From the NCBI RefSeq assembly GCF_018977255.1, contig NW_024704742.1, positions 21,268,001 through 21,332,000 of the forward strand: a stretch of DNA of 64,000 nt, read 5' to 3'. Below, piece by piece: positions 28,273 through 40,629 of this stretch (position 1 is its first letter; each line of letters opens with the position of its first letter). Both the position numbers and the translations under genes were made by a program. Below the pieces are notes generated by a model. It was given only the letters and a program-made list of their open reading frames with translations. It did no database searches and was not told where the DNA came from. Origin of the DNA: Callorhinchus milii. Taxonomy: Eukaryota.

Positions 28273-31095
28273 TGACTGTTACAATAATAATCATTACATT
28301 TGATATAGTACCTTTCACATCAGGATGTCACGTGAAAGCCCTTCACAGAACTTGTTATAAAGTGTGGTGACTGTGGAATTTGTAGGCACAATGCAGCAGA
28401 CAATCTGCAAACAATGACAAACAGCCATAAAATGAATGACCAATTTTATCCTGAGAATTACGGCCTAGACCCCAGGAGAGACTTCCTTCTCTGCTCAAAT
28501 AGTGTTATGAGATCTGAACAAGCAGATGGGACCTTGATTTATCATCTGGTCTGAAGGACAGCACCTCCAAAAATTCAGCACACCCCCAGCACCGGAACAT
28601 CAGCCTAGACTGTGAGTTCAAAATCCTGATAAGATCAAAATGGGAAGGGAAAAACAAATGCTCTCAAAATTGCGCTCATCTGTCAGCTTCCTGCAGTGAG
28701 TTCAACATTCTCACCACTCTCTCCATAAAGACGTTTCTCATAAACATCCTTTTTGATCAGCCAGTGACTATCAAATATTTATGCACCATAGTTAACAATG
28801 AACCTATTACACCTCACATGTTCCTCCCCCTTCATTTCCTAATTTAAAGACCTATCATTGCACTTAAGGCATTTCATTATTACACCCCAGCACCTCACCA
28901 AAACTAGGCCACGATATTCTTGTGATGGTTTCCTCACTCATGAACAATACTTTAATCTGTCTCAGTTGTGGTGATTTACACTCCACCAGTCCATAAGTTG
29001 CTCCATCAGTTTCCCTTTTGTTTTGTGGTCTGATGAAATACCACTGGTCTATTTATACCTCTTTATGCTGGATTCATTACAACATGTTTCAATAATTGAG
29101 TATCTTCCCAATGCAGCTGTAATGTTAGATGTGTATTGTCTCATTATTGTCATAAAACTGTTTTTGGAATGTGCTATAAGCAACATTAACACTTTCTGCA
29201 CTTTTTAATGGTAATAAACTTATGAAACATTTATTGTAAATGAAGACATATTTTACCACTGATGAGTCTCCTTGGAGCTGAACTGGGTCCAAGATGACGT
29301 GCTTGACAATGGAATATCATAATTCAGTCAATCCTCCGTGGCGGTCTTAGAATTCCAATTCCTGAACCAGGCAGGTCCAGAATACCCCAGTCACTACTAA
29401 TGACAGCCCAGCCAGCTTTGGCTCATTGGCAGGATATCTCATTTACTAAAGAAATGGCCACCTGATTGTGCAACGAGCCAGACATCAGGTAAAACTGCAG
29501 CTAAGTCATTGCTTGCGATTTCCTTCAATACGTAACTGTTCCCTTTAACCCTGCATTCAATTCAGAGAATAGTTGGAACTAACTGAAAGTTTAGTTAAAG
29601 GTCAGGTCAGGTTAGCTGGTCAGCTTACTGGAGACTCAGTGCCGATAAAAACCACAGGCACCTTCAATTAGTTCTACTGGACTGGAAGTATCTGTGACTT
29701 ACCCATGCTGTGGAAAGATCCCTCTAAGAGACAGTAAACAAAACATTTTCCTTGCAAATAGCTAAATGCAAGGCTTATTATTAATAACAAGCAAATAACA
29801 ATATGGAGTGGTGCAGGAAATGTGAACGAAAATATAAAGTATATGTCTGGGCCGCCTCCTATGCTCAGGTTTGATGCATTCCCAACCTGGACACGTTTGG
29901 CTATTTGCAGGGAATACTAAGATGGCAGAGGGGAGACAGGAAAGAAATGGTTTTGAAATGAAAGGAAGTTGTTTGCACTTCAAATTGTTTCTTAACCTGA
30001 CTGATACTAAATGAAATACGTTGAATTATATATGCTCTTAATACTTATGTTTCAGCTCTGTGGACTCAACATTTATTGATATTAAAGAGTGTGTATTTAA
30101 TGTAAGGTTCTGAGCTGCATTAGGGATTGTTTGGAAGTATAGGATTGAGATGGTTATATACATGTTTAGGATGTTTTGAATGTTTAGATTCAACAACTGC
30201 CCGAAAGTCAGTTGTCTTATCTATGGAAAGCTTTCTGGGGGAAAATTGCTCCAATGAAATATGTGCAAGTCAGCTATCTGTTGGAGGTTGTATAATGTGC
30301 TGAACGTACACGCTTTCATAACTTTGCAGCACAAATCTCCGTATAATTAGACCTAATTGCCTTTTTCAGTCTAAGTATGTGAGTGTATTTGGTGAGAAAG
30401 TGGAGAAAAAATTTCATGGTACTCTAGAGTTCTTGAAATTGAGCCTTGAGCACTGATACAGCAGTAATGGGAGATTTACACTGCATCTATACCTGCCAAG
30501 TGAACCTATAAATTCACCCAAATATTTTATTAAATTGCAAAAATACCAAATATTCTAACGGGATACTATTAATAAGATCTTACTGTTAAACATTGTTAGC
30601 TGGATTTAATTTAAGAGCTGTGATTGATGGAAGTCTCTCCATTATGCAGACTTAGCATTAAGTTTTATGTGATTTACATGTTTCACAGAGCTTGTCTGAA
30701 TGATTCATATCCTTGTCAGGAATGTTTCCACAGTGATCACAAATGGTAAATCTAACAAACTTTATTTTATGGCTAAACAAAATATTTTAGATGATTTACT
30801 TTCTAAGCAAGTCCCAAAGAATTTGTATTTTGTTCTACATTGTATCTTAGTTTTATTTCATTTTAATTTACTGCATTGGGAACTGTCTAAACAGAACTTT
30901 AAATCACTTGAATTTCATGTATTTACACTCTAGTCCTCAATGTTTGGAAAAAAACAGTGACCCAACAGTAGACCCAAATGTTCTAATGTTTGGTTCCATT
31001 ATGCTTTTCATGGCATTTTACCTACATTACTTGCCACTCCTGGATTAAGCAGCACAGTGTAAAAATAAATCATCCTGTGCCTGATTGCTGACAAT

Positions 31096-31393
31096 TTATT
31101 CATTAGCAGTGTATCAGAGCTGCTACTGTAGGCTCTGGCTAAAGGTTTATCCAGTAACAGACTAACCAGTTGGAAATAACAGAGTTCCTCGCTCTTTGTT
31201 CACTACAAAAAACTTAGGTTTAACATTCAATCTTCAGCTTCCCCAGATAATCTATTCTGAACTCGAACCTTTGTGCGCACGTAAAATTATCACCAGTGAT
31301 AATTATCAAATCACATGCCACATCTTTTCCAATGGCACGGTCAAAGTGGAAGCTCTTCAGACAGACCTTGAAGGAGGAGAGGAAAGGATGGAG
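31096..31393 (+). repeat. 298-bp direct repeat, copy 1
   Basis: Matches 35785-36082 without gaps, with 8 substitutions by my count (~97%). Confidence 0.95.
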
Positions 31394-31748
31394 AGAAAAA
31401 TTAGACATAAGAATGGCTTCCAGGTTTTCGTTTCTGTTGAAATGAACCCTGCAATTTTTACCTCAATATAAGAAAGATTCAATATTTATGCTTTCCAGCT
31501 TTGACTAGTTTTATACTCAGCAACTTGTGCAGATGATCACCACTTCCATTTAATTTAATACTGAACTGGTCCCGGGTCCTTGATAAACAATGGAACTTGA
31601 CTGGTTGTTTGTTCTCACAACATCAACAACAACTTGCATTTATGCAACCGCCTTCATGTAAGTTAACATCTCAAAGTGTTTCGAGCAGGGGAGAACGTGG
31701 AGAAGGAGGTCACCATGGGCATGGTTAAAGAGGTAGGTTTTCAAGTGT

Positions 31749-32072
31749 GGAGTCCTGTAGCTCAGTGGTTAGAGCACTCGCTTTGCAAGTGAGAGACCTG
31801 AGTTCAATTCCAGGCAGAGGGCGAAACCTTGGGCAAGTTTCCTTACTCCACACAGAGCCTAATAATAATCCCTCCAAAAACCAAAAACAATAATTATATT
31901 GGTCATTTTCAATCCATGACTGTTTGTGGGACATTGCTTTGCGCAATTGGCTGCCGCGTTCGCCTACAGATATACAGTCAATTCACTTTACAGTATGTTC
32001 TGTGAAGCACTTTGGGATGTCCTCCCGACGTGAAAAGCGCTATATCAAATGCAAGGATTATTATTATTATAA
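31749..32072 (+). mobile_element. Young tRNA(Ala-like)-derived Deu-domain SINE, full length
   Basis: A box TAGCTCAGTGGTTAGAGC; B box GAGTTCAATTCC; Deu-like core GTGGGACATTGC...AATTGGCTGCCGCG; L2-like tail; (ATT)n. Confidence 0.9.
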
Positions 32073-32329
32073 TGCATTGAGATGTTTTTTCACATTGCTA
32101 CACCATTAATTCAGCCACTACATACACTGTACAATATTCAAATTCTGATGGAAATGAAAAATTGGACTATAAAAGACAAAGAAAGTAGACATGGAGTGTG
32201 AAAATGAACAAAATGAGTAGGAATGATGGAATCAAATTACCAACTATCAAATTACCAGTATGTGCAAATACCAAGACCTTTGAAGCTGACAGGACATTTG
32301 CAACATAATTAGCACCAGTTTTAATTGAC

Positions 32330-34345
32330 TCTCTAGGTATTTGCAATAGCTTCTAACTTTCAAAAACTTCTGCAAAGACAGCAAAATGCTATGCTCTTTT
32401 ACATGGCAGAAGAGGCACAGAAATATTTTGAAACATTAGGGAGAGACACTAAGACGCTGTGAGAAGATGAGATGAATATAATGCGGGTTGAGGTGCTGTG
32501 GACACAATAATGTGACGGTTCATAGATACAAATTTGGATAGATATAAATAGAACTGGTCACACAGTATTTTGTGGTGCTCAGATCATTAAGGAAGTTGTG
32601 GAACTATGGAGTACTGAGAAATGAAGTGATAAAAGATCAAATAGTAAGTGGAATTCAAAACAACAATGTTAGTAATAAATTATTGAAATAGGAAGACTGT
32701 ATTAAAATGTTATTGAGCACTTGTAGCTCAGTGGTTAGAGCACTTGCCTCGCAAGCAAGAGACCTGGGTTTGATTCCAGCAGAGCGAAACCTTGGGCAAG
32801 TTTCCTTACCCAAACGCCTAATAATAAGCCCTCAAGAAAAATGAAAAAAAAGAATAATTTGGTCACTCAATCCACGACTGTTTGTGGGACACTGCTGTGT
32901 GCAATTGGCTATCACGTTTCGCCCACAAAGTATACAGTCAATTCACTTACAGTATATTCTGTGAAGCACTTTGAGATGTCTAGAAGACGTGAAAAGCACT
33001 ATATCAAATGCAAGGATTATTATTATTATAGATATTGGTCGTAAAATGAGGAAAGATGCAGGAAGGTTGCTGTCTCAATACAAGGAGATGACCTAGTGGC
33101 TTATGTATCAATATCATTATCAGTGATAGAAAACCAATATGTACAAAGAGAAGGAATGTTAGATAGTTTTTAGTTATGAGCGGTTCAAACATTTTTGGAA
33201 AGAAAATTAGTCATTGAAAATGATCAGAAACCATTGGAGGCAATTTTTGGATAAGGATTAAATGAAACTCCTCCAAGACTTCAACGTTTCCAAATCCGTT
33301 TGCAGCGATATAATTAAATAGAGCAGTGATTTGAAGAAGGAAACAAAGACGACAAAAGATTAGAAAACAAATGTTGCTGGGGGAGGTAACAGAGGGAAAT
33401 TCAAGCATCACAACTGGAAATGAAGAACTCTGTAGGCTTTTCAGAGGAGCTGAACCCTAGACATTTCCCTCTAAATACAGAAAGGGGGAAAACGGTATTG
33501 TGATAATATTTAGCAGCTGTAAAATTCTTATTTTATTCCACATTAAATTATAATTAATTCAAAACAGTACATTCATTACATTCTTTTAAAGGAATCGTCA
33601 TAAGATTTGGAATGCTTATTAAGAAATCCTGTCTGAAACCAATATGGTTTAAGACCCCAATATCACAAATTAAATTGAATCTTCTTTTACGTAAATGAAG
33701 AAACGTTACACTGAATTTAAAAAACTGAACTTCAGACTCATATGTTCGTGTTCGTTTATCTCAAAGCCCTATGGATATCCTGCGGCAGATACTTACAGGT
33801 GCATCTGTGGAATCCAGACCGTTAAGTATAGTGTGAGATGAGGTGCTCTGTGAGTTCTCCAGTCTGTGTCTCTTTTCACCTGGTTATACACTGCACAATT
33901 CTTGATTGCTCTTTCAATTAGGTTTTTCTATTGGGCTTTATCTTTTGTCATTGAGAAATATGTCAGTAAGTGGAAAGATGCATTAAATAGAATGAAAAAA
34001 CTTTGCAAATGGAGAAATACCCATATGTATGAACAACAGCTTAAAACAAACAGTGCACTGGATTATAATACCATGACCCCAGTGGGGAAATTCTGGAATG
34101 CTTGTCAAAAGAACTGAAGTTCTTCTTGTTCAATTTGCAGATGTGGAGATAAATATATGCTAATTTCTAAATTGAGCAGAAGTAATAGAAGTAAAAGAAG
34201 AAATTGCCAAATTAATCGTAACAGCAGGAAGACTGTATCTTGCATTATTAATTAAGCTGGTATTCGAATGCAACTCTTAGTAGTAGAGTTCTGATATCAC
34301 GTTACAGAGAGGGAAAGACTAATGGCAGGGAACTGTAGAGTATGA
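32330..34345 (+). mobile_element. Highly decayed Ty3/Gypsy LTR-retrotransposon internal remnant (gag, RNase H, possible integrase pieces)
   Basis: gag-like: RQQNAMLFYMAEEAQKYFETL, NNVTVHRYKF, QYFVVLRSLRKLWNYGVLRNEVIKDQIVSGIQNNNVSNKLLK (32375-32690). RNase H-like: VAYVSISLSVIENQYVQRE and LVIENDQKPLEAIFG*GLNETPPRLQRFQIRLQRYN (33066-33314). Integrase assignment (33580-34345) is weak. Confidence 0.7.
32722..33029 (+). mobile_element. Young Deu-SINE copy inserted within the Gypsy remnant
   Basis: Colinear with the 31749-32072 copy. Confidence 0.88.
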
Positions 34346-34807
34346 TTTTTATTATACAAATATCTCTACAGTTAGCATACCCACAATTGCGATATAATCA
34401 TGGTGGAATTGTCATTATATACCAACAACTTGATGAAGGGCTGGGTCACAAGATCACAAGCGGTTTGAATGAAGAAGGCCATGCAGCCTACTTGATGTCA
34501 TCCTTGCACAACACCCTCCTGAACTATCCCATCACACAGTATCAAGCTAACTTCTAAATGAGTCTAACATCCTAGCCTCAACCGTTTTCCCCGGTAACCT
34601 GTTCCAGTCTTGATTTCCTCTGAGTAAAGAAATATTTCTGGTGTCTATCCAGAAATTACCTTTTACAACCTAAATCTGTGTCCTCTGTTCTGCTGTCTCA
34701 GTGCATCCTAAAGCATTGTTCAGGGAGTTGCAAAGTCTTCTTGTTGTTATACTGTAATTGATGCTTTGAAGAGTAGGTCAGAAGTGGCTCATGATAACTC
34801 CCATTGT

Positions 34808-35128
34808 GGAGTCCTGTAGCTCAGTGGTTAGAGCGCTTGCCTTGCAAGCGAGACACCTGGGTTCAATTCCAGGCACGGCGAAACCTTGGGCAAGTCTCCT
34901 TACTCCACACACCTAATAATAATCCCTCCAAAACAAAAATAATAATAAATTGGTCAATTTCAAGCCACAACTGTTTGTGAGACACTGCTGTGTGCAATTG
35001 GCTGCCACGTTTTGCCCACAAAAATATACAGTCAGCATATTACAGCATATTCTGTGAAGCGCTTTGAGACGTCTAGAAGACGTGAAAAGCGCTATATCAA
35101 AAATGCAAGGATTATTATTATTATTATT
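34808..35128 (+). mobile_element. Young Deu-SINE copy, full length
   Basis: GGAGTCCTGTAGCTCAGTGGTTAGAGC head through to the (ATT)n tail. Confidence 0.9.
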
Positions 35129-35744
35129 CCCTTTTAGGGAATCAAAGCCCTCATGCAAACGTATGATGTAGGTAGGGTATGCCAGGACAAGAGGGCTTCA
35201 ATTCAAGGAGAGGTTCAGAAGAATTTCTTATCCCTGAGAGTTATGAAATGATTTGCCACGGACGGTCATCAGAGCAGAGCCAATCGGAAACAAGGATTTG
35301 CAGTGGAGGGATATTAGAGGATACAGAGAAAGAGCAGGGATTAGGATCGATCACTGGAGGACCAAAAACCAAAATAAAGACCAGATTGGCCTCCAATTCT
35401 GTCACCTTGGGATGTTCTACTGACATGAAAGGCGCAATACAAAAGTAATCGGTACTTGTTGTTGTTGTCAAATGCTCTGGGATGCTACCCTGAGGAGGCG
35501 TTATATAAATGCAAATTGTTCTTGCTGTTCATACATTTCTATATTGTCCTTCTGTTGCCTTCGGGTGTTTTTATATGTTGTAAATATCACTGATGATCTT
35601 ATCACATGCATAGAAAATGCAGTTAAAATGTGTCCTCAAAGATAGGTTGCGAGTGAACATTCCATTGCATTCTCTTGTTCATTTCAGGAGAATTAATTCA
35701 GCACTTTTAGTGGGGAGAGAGGGGGAGTGAGGGGGGCCAGGGCC

Positions 35745-35790
35745 AGCATTATTCCTAGCATTATTCCTAGCATTATTCCTAGCATTATTC
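35745..35790 (+). repeat. Tandem repeat (AGCATTATTCCT) x ~3.8
   Basis: Read directly from the sequence. Confidence 0.9.
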
Positions 35791-36082
35791 ATTAGCAGTG
35801 TATCAGAGCTGCTATTGTAGGCTCTGGCTAAAAATTCATCCAGTAACAGACTAACCAGTTGGAAATAACAGAGTTCCTCGCTCCTTGTTCACTACAAAAA
35901 ACTTAGGTTTGACATTCAATCTTCAGCTTCCCCAGATAATCTATTCTGAACTCGAACCTTTGTGCGCACGTAAAATTATCACCAGTGATAATTATCAAAT
36001 CACATGCCACATCTTTTCCAATGGCACGGTCAAAGAGGAAGCTCTTGAGACAGACCTTGAAGGAGGAGAGGAAAGGATGGAG
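35785..36082 (+). repeat. 298-bp direct repeat, copy 2 (runs on into an antisense L2 fragment to about 36280)
   Basis: Matches 31096-31393; immediately preceded by a 12-bp tandem repeat. Confidence 0.95.
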
Positions 36083-37309
36083 TTCCAGAGGCTGGAGGCA
36101 GGAAGGCTGAAGGTCCGACCGCTAATGGTTGGGCGTAAAGCAGGCCAGTGCCTGTCAAGTGGAGGAAGCGGGTGAGTTGGTAGGGTTTTAGAAGGTCACA
36201 GAGGTAGGGTGGAGGAAGTCAAGGGTTTTAAAAGTGACACTGAGGATCTACAACTTGATCCTCTGGGGGATGGGGAACTGATTTAAACAATGTGCACAAT
36301 AGAGACATACTGACTTCCTATATGTGTGCTCAATCATGTATGCTGCACTTCTGTCCATAAATCACGGCCTGAATGATTCTGGTGGTTAACAGCAATAACA
36401 CACAGACGTTATTTCACTTAGAAAGGCTATTGTGGCACAATTCAGGATCTTCATTCGAGTTCTCATCAATTAATGTATTTTCAAGGCACCAATTAATGCT
36501 TCAACTCACAGTACTTATAAAATCTTCCTCTGATTTAAGTGCAAAGGAATTTTAGTCTTTTCGGAACCACTATTTTTCCTTTTCCCATTTTTTCCACTAC
36601 AAGTGTCATCTGCCGACATTACATTACTCCATAACATAAGGAGTATTGAATTTTGCTCCTCTCCTGTTTCCTCCTCCTTTGGTGTTGCTTAGCAAAACAT
36701 AGTGCATGAAATGTATTATATAAATGCATGTTACTGTTGATGCTACATTGATAGGGAAAATGGCAAGTGTATGTGTCATTCTATGCTTTTCTCAAGGATG
36801 CTCATGTTGACATTGTGGAAAAGAAACGCACACTATTTATCATAATGGGAATTAGTATGGCAGAAAAGTAATAGTATTCCTTGCACATCATGTTTTGAGG
36901 GCAGTGGATGAAATCTGAGCTTCAATTTTTCCGAACTTCCGACTTTGAAAATCTAAACCTTGAAGCAAACTTTGAAATGCTTTGAAGTTTCATCCCTGAT
37001 TAGTTTGATATTTAATATAGTTGCTGACATTCAGACATGAGGTTGGGTTGGTAAGTGGTTTTAAGCTTTAAAAGAGGATGCCCTGATTAAAGAGGTTAAA
37101 TAAAGAAAAGAGGAAATTAAAAAGAGCTGCAGTTGCAGAAGTGAAACTTCCTAATTCCCGGTTAGTAAAGGCAGCAAATGATATAATTTCATTAAAACAA
37201 ACGCCCGATATAGCTTGTGAAACTACACATCCATTTTCTGCATGTTATTTCTTTATTAATCTTATGATTCAATCCATTTCCAGATTTTACTGAATAGCAG
37301 TTTTGTGTG

Positions 37310-37486
37310 AACAAAACGCAAAATACTGCAGATGCTGAAACTCTGAAACAAAAACAGAAATCACTGGGAACACTCAGCAGGTCAGGCAGCATTACAGGTC
37401 GTGGACTCAAAACGTTGACTCACTTTCCTTTCTCCATAGGTGCTGCCTGACCTGCTGAGTTCAGTTCCCAGTGATTTCTGTTTTTG
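37310..37486. mobile_element. Shark-type palindromic (hairpin) short repeat, probably a Penelope-associated terminus, with a 15-bp target-site duplication
   Basis: ACAAAAACAGAAATCACTGGGAAC-ACTCAGCAGGTCAGGCAGCA is inverted at 37441-37487 (3-nt bulge). Flanked by TAGCAGTTTTGTGTG at 37295-37309 and 37487-37501. Confidence 0.8.
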
Positions 37487-38103
37487 TAGCAGTTTTGTGT
37501 GGGTGGTGGGATTTATTATCCTTCCCTCAATTGTCTCTTTGCTTCCCACTCCCAGCTCAGGTACTTAGTTGGTGAACATGTGTTTGTACATGGAGCGCTT
37601 GGATCTTACCTTGACTGGTTTGCAGAGTGGTAAGCAGCTGCCACTTAAGCTTTGCACCTTCAACCGGTGGAACCATCATTTAATGGGAAGGCTTGTGTGC
37701 TTTTCATGCTGAGCTGCATTGCCACCAGGAAGCTCTCAGGGAGTTCTGATACCTACCTAATGAATAAGGCCTCAAACCCACGCTTGTCGGATGTCAAATG
37801 ACCTACAAGTGAATATCCTCCGGGTGGGGAGGTAAGAGATGTCTCCTTGGAGCTCAACTAGCTGTCAATAGTACCATTGGAAAAGGTCTCAGAACTGATG
37901 ATATATGTATTCGTTACAATCAGGGAATGGGGCAAGCTAAATTTAGCAGAGAAAATTACTCCCATTTATATAATGTAATTATTTCTAAAACCTACTTATT
38001 ATTTAAGTCTATCTAAAAATGACACTATTAATAATAATAATCCTTACATTTGAAATAGCGTCTTTCAATTCAGAAGGATGTTGGTAAGCATAATTTTGGA
38101 GGT

Positions 38104-38399
38104 GTAATAATAATAATTCTTGCATATGATGTCTTCTCGACGTCTCAAAGCACTTCACAGAATATACTGTAAAGTGGATTGACTGTATATTTGTGGGCAA
38201 AATGCGGCAGCCATTTGCGCACAGCAGTGTCCCACAAAGAGTCATGGATTTGAAGTGACCTATTTATTATTGTTTTTTTTCTTGAGGGTTTATTATCAAG
38301 TGTGTGGAGCAAGGAAACTTCCCCAAGGTTTTGCTCTGCCGGGAATCAAACCAAGGTCTCTCGCTTGTGAGTGCCTTAACCACTGAGCTACAGGACTCC
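38104..38399 (-). mobile_element. Young Deu-SINE copy
   Basis: Reverse complement of the 31749 family, with small deletions. Confidence 0.88.
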
Positions 38400-40629
38400 T
38401 GTATGGAGTATTATGGAGTAAAAGTGAGACAAAATATGATTTTGCATACATGAGAGAGAAGAGAATAAAGTAGTATGGGGAAAACTGAGGAGGGTGGGTC
38501 AAGGTGGGTGGAGGCTTGTGTCGAATACAAATACTGGCCTGGACCAACTGGGCTGAATTGAATGGCATGTTTGTATGCTGCAGATACTATGTAAATCCAT
38601 GTAACTACAAATCTGCTATTTTGATTTGGATTCAAAGTATCATGAACATATACTACCAGTGAATGAAAAATCCCAAGTTTATATCAGTTGTTAGGCCAAA
38701 CAATCTCTTATCTTTATTTTATTTTACAAATGAATGATGCTCCCAGTGCCTAATCTCACAATCCAACCACATCCTATTACCATTACTGCTCTTCTAGGTG
38801 ACAAGGCTATTATCCAAGGGTGGATTTGAAACAAGTTGGACATTGGTACAAAGTCTTAGGAGCATAAGAAAACATTGAGGGAGAGAAGCGCATTAGACCT
38901 GTTATCCTGTTCCTTCTGCAGAACACATCTAATCGACCCTATATTAGATCTTACTCATTTAATTGATGTCTTGGGAAAAATAAGATCAGTATAAATACTT
39001 CACAGTGCTTGATTGAGTCCCTGACTGAGATAAATCAGAAAAACTGGGGATTAATCTTTCTAGTCCTTTTTACAAACGTGGGTCAACATACTTTTTAATA
39101 TCAACAAGAAACATCAGTTGAATATAAACATAGCTAATATATGTTTTTTGAACAGATAAAATATTATGGAAGTGAAAAGAAGTTTGTTTTTGTATGCTTT
39201 TCCATCAGACTTAGAGATGTATCCTTTTCATTCTGTGTCTTTATTTTCTCCTTTGCACATCATTTAATGCAGAAACGGTGTACCTGAGAGCATTTTTGTC
39301 GATGAGAGTGCGAAACAGTGAAGCTGATAGTTGTTTACATAGTTATTTGCTAATAATGTGAAGACTAAAATGCAGGATTTCCAACAAGATTTCTTAATAG
39401 GTAATCTGAGTTATCCAAACAGTGAATCCTTCCAGTATCTGAAAGTACATCAATCCAATTCCCAGGAATACCACTCTGATCTCATCTTTTCCCACATCAG
39501 AATTTCCACAGCTCAGGATTTTCTTTTTAGGATTTATTATTAAGAACGAAATCGCACATTTTGGACCTCAATCATAGAATTAGCAGTGTTGATGCTGCCC
39601 TCTGGTACATCAAGCAGATATTTGTAACATGTGCATTTTTATAACCTACAGACCTATTTTCTATGCTTTTTCTGAATAAATGGTTTGTCACTAAATCCCT
39701 TCACCCCATTCTGTGTTATGGAAACGTGCCCACAAAGGAGATAGACCTAGGATATTGCACTAAAAAGCAATCTTGTAAGACTTATCATGACCAAAGGAAG
39801 AAAAACATTTATTTGGGAAGCTTGCCCACAGAGCTAAAATGAGGTGCCATTAATCTTAAAGACAGTGTATATTCAGCTTATTCCCAGAGCGCTGACACAA
39901 CACGTTTAACGCTGAGTCCATCAGCACTACTAAAAAAAGCAGAATAAATATATATTGAGAAAGCTGTTAATAATATATTAATCCTTGCATTTGATATCGC
40001 GCCCTAACACATTGTCAATGTCTCAAAACATTTAACAGAATATACTGCTAAGCGAAGTGACTGTGTATCTTATGGGCCAATGTGACAGCCAATTAGTGCA
40101 TAGCAATATCCCTCAAGCAGCCATGACTCATTTTATTTGGGAGGCGTTTTCGCCAGGACACCAGCCATGACAGTTTGCTCGAGTCTTTTCGAACAGTGAC
40201 GTGAGATCTTTAATGCCCACTGGATAGTCAGACAGGACCTCGGTTTAACAGCTCATTCAAAGGATGCTCACCTAACCATGACACCAGAAGCTCTTTTTTT
40301 GGATGAGGCCAGTTTGTTGTCTTTGTTGTTCCTTGTTTTATTTTCTCAAGTTTTTCAGCTAGTCTCAGCCCACTCTACCTCTGCAACCTCTTCAAACCAT
40401 AGCAACCCTGCTGCCCACTTCACTCAGCAAGCTTTATGTCACCCGCCCTATCTGCTCCACCATCAGTGGTTGGGTTTTAACCCTATTTGCCCCATTCTCT
40501 GGAACTCCATCCCTGCGACTTGCTTTTGTTCTCTCTCCCTCACCTCTTTCACAGTCCGTCTGCCTGAAGACTTTCGCCTCGACACACCTTCGGTCACCTT
40601 TCCCTTCCCCATTGCCCTTGGCTCCAACC

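Noticed and set aside
29260..29285. Hammerhead-like CTGATGAG-TCTCCTTGGAG-CTGAAC
   Set aside because: It has GAAC rather than GAAA, stem II closure is wrong, and sibling repeat copies (37843, 46217) lack CTGATGA.
31196..31471. Duplicated ORF MFTTKNLGLTFNLQLPQ... (also 35885-36175) as a small gene family
   Set aside because: Non-ATG start, no recognisable domain, and it runs into L2 sequence. The identity simply reflects the 298-bp DNA duplication.
31749..31822. tRNA-Ala(TGC)-like genes (also at 34808, and on the minus strand near 46129 and 51619)
   Set aside because: Each is fused to a SINE body and tail, and the acceptor stem is imperfect. They are SINE heads, not tRNA genes.
33797..33879. 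Minus-strand exon ending at CCT|GTAAGT (33797)
   Set aside because: The acceptor is weak, it lies within the Gypsy remnant, and no partner exon could be linked to it.
35745..35790. CRISPR-like or other spaced repeat array
   Set aside because: A simple head-to-tail 12-mer without spacers in vertebrate DNA. No CRISPR or prokaryotic features were seen anywhere in the window.
39299..39340. Hammerhead-like CGATGAGAGTGCGAAAC
   Set aside because: The core lacks the conserved U of CUGA and stem I does not pair convincingly.
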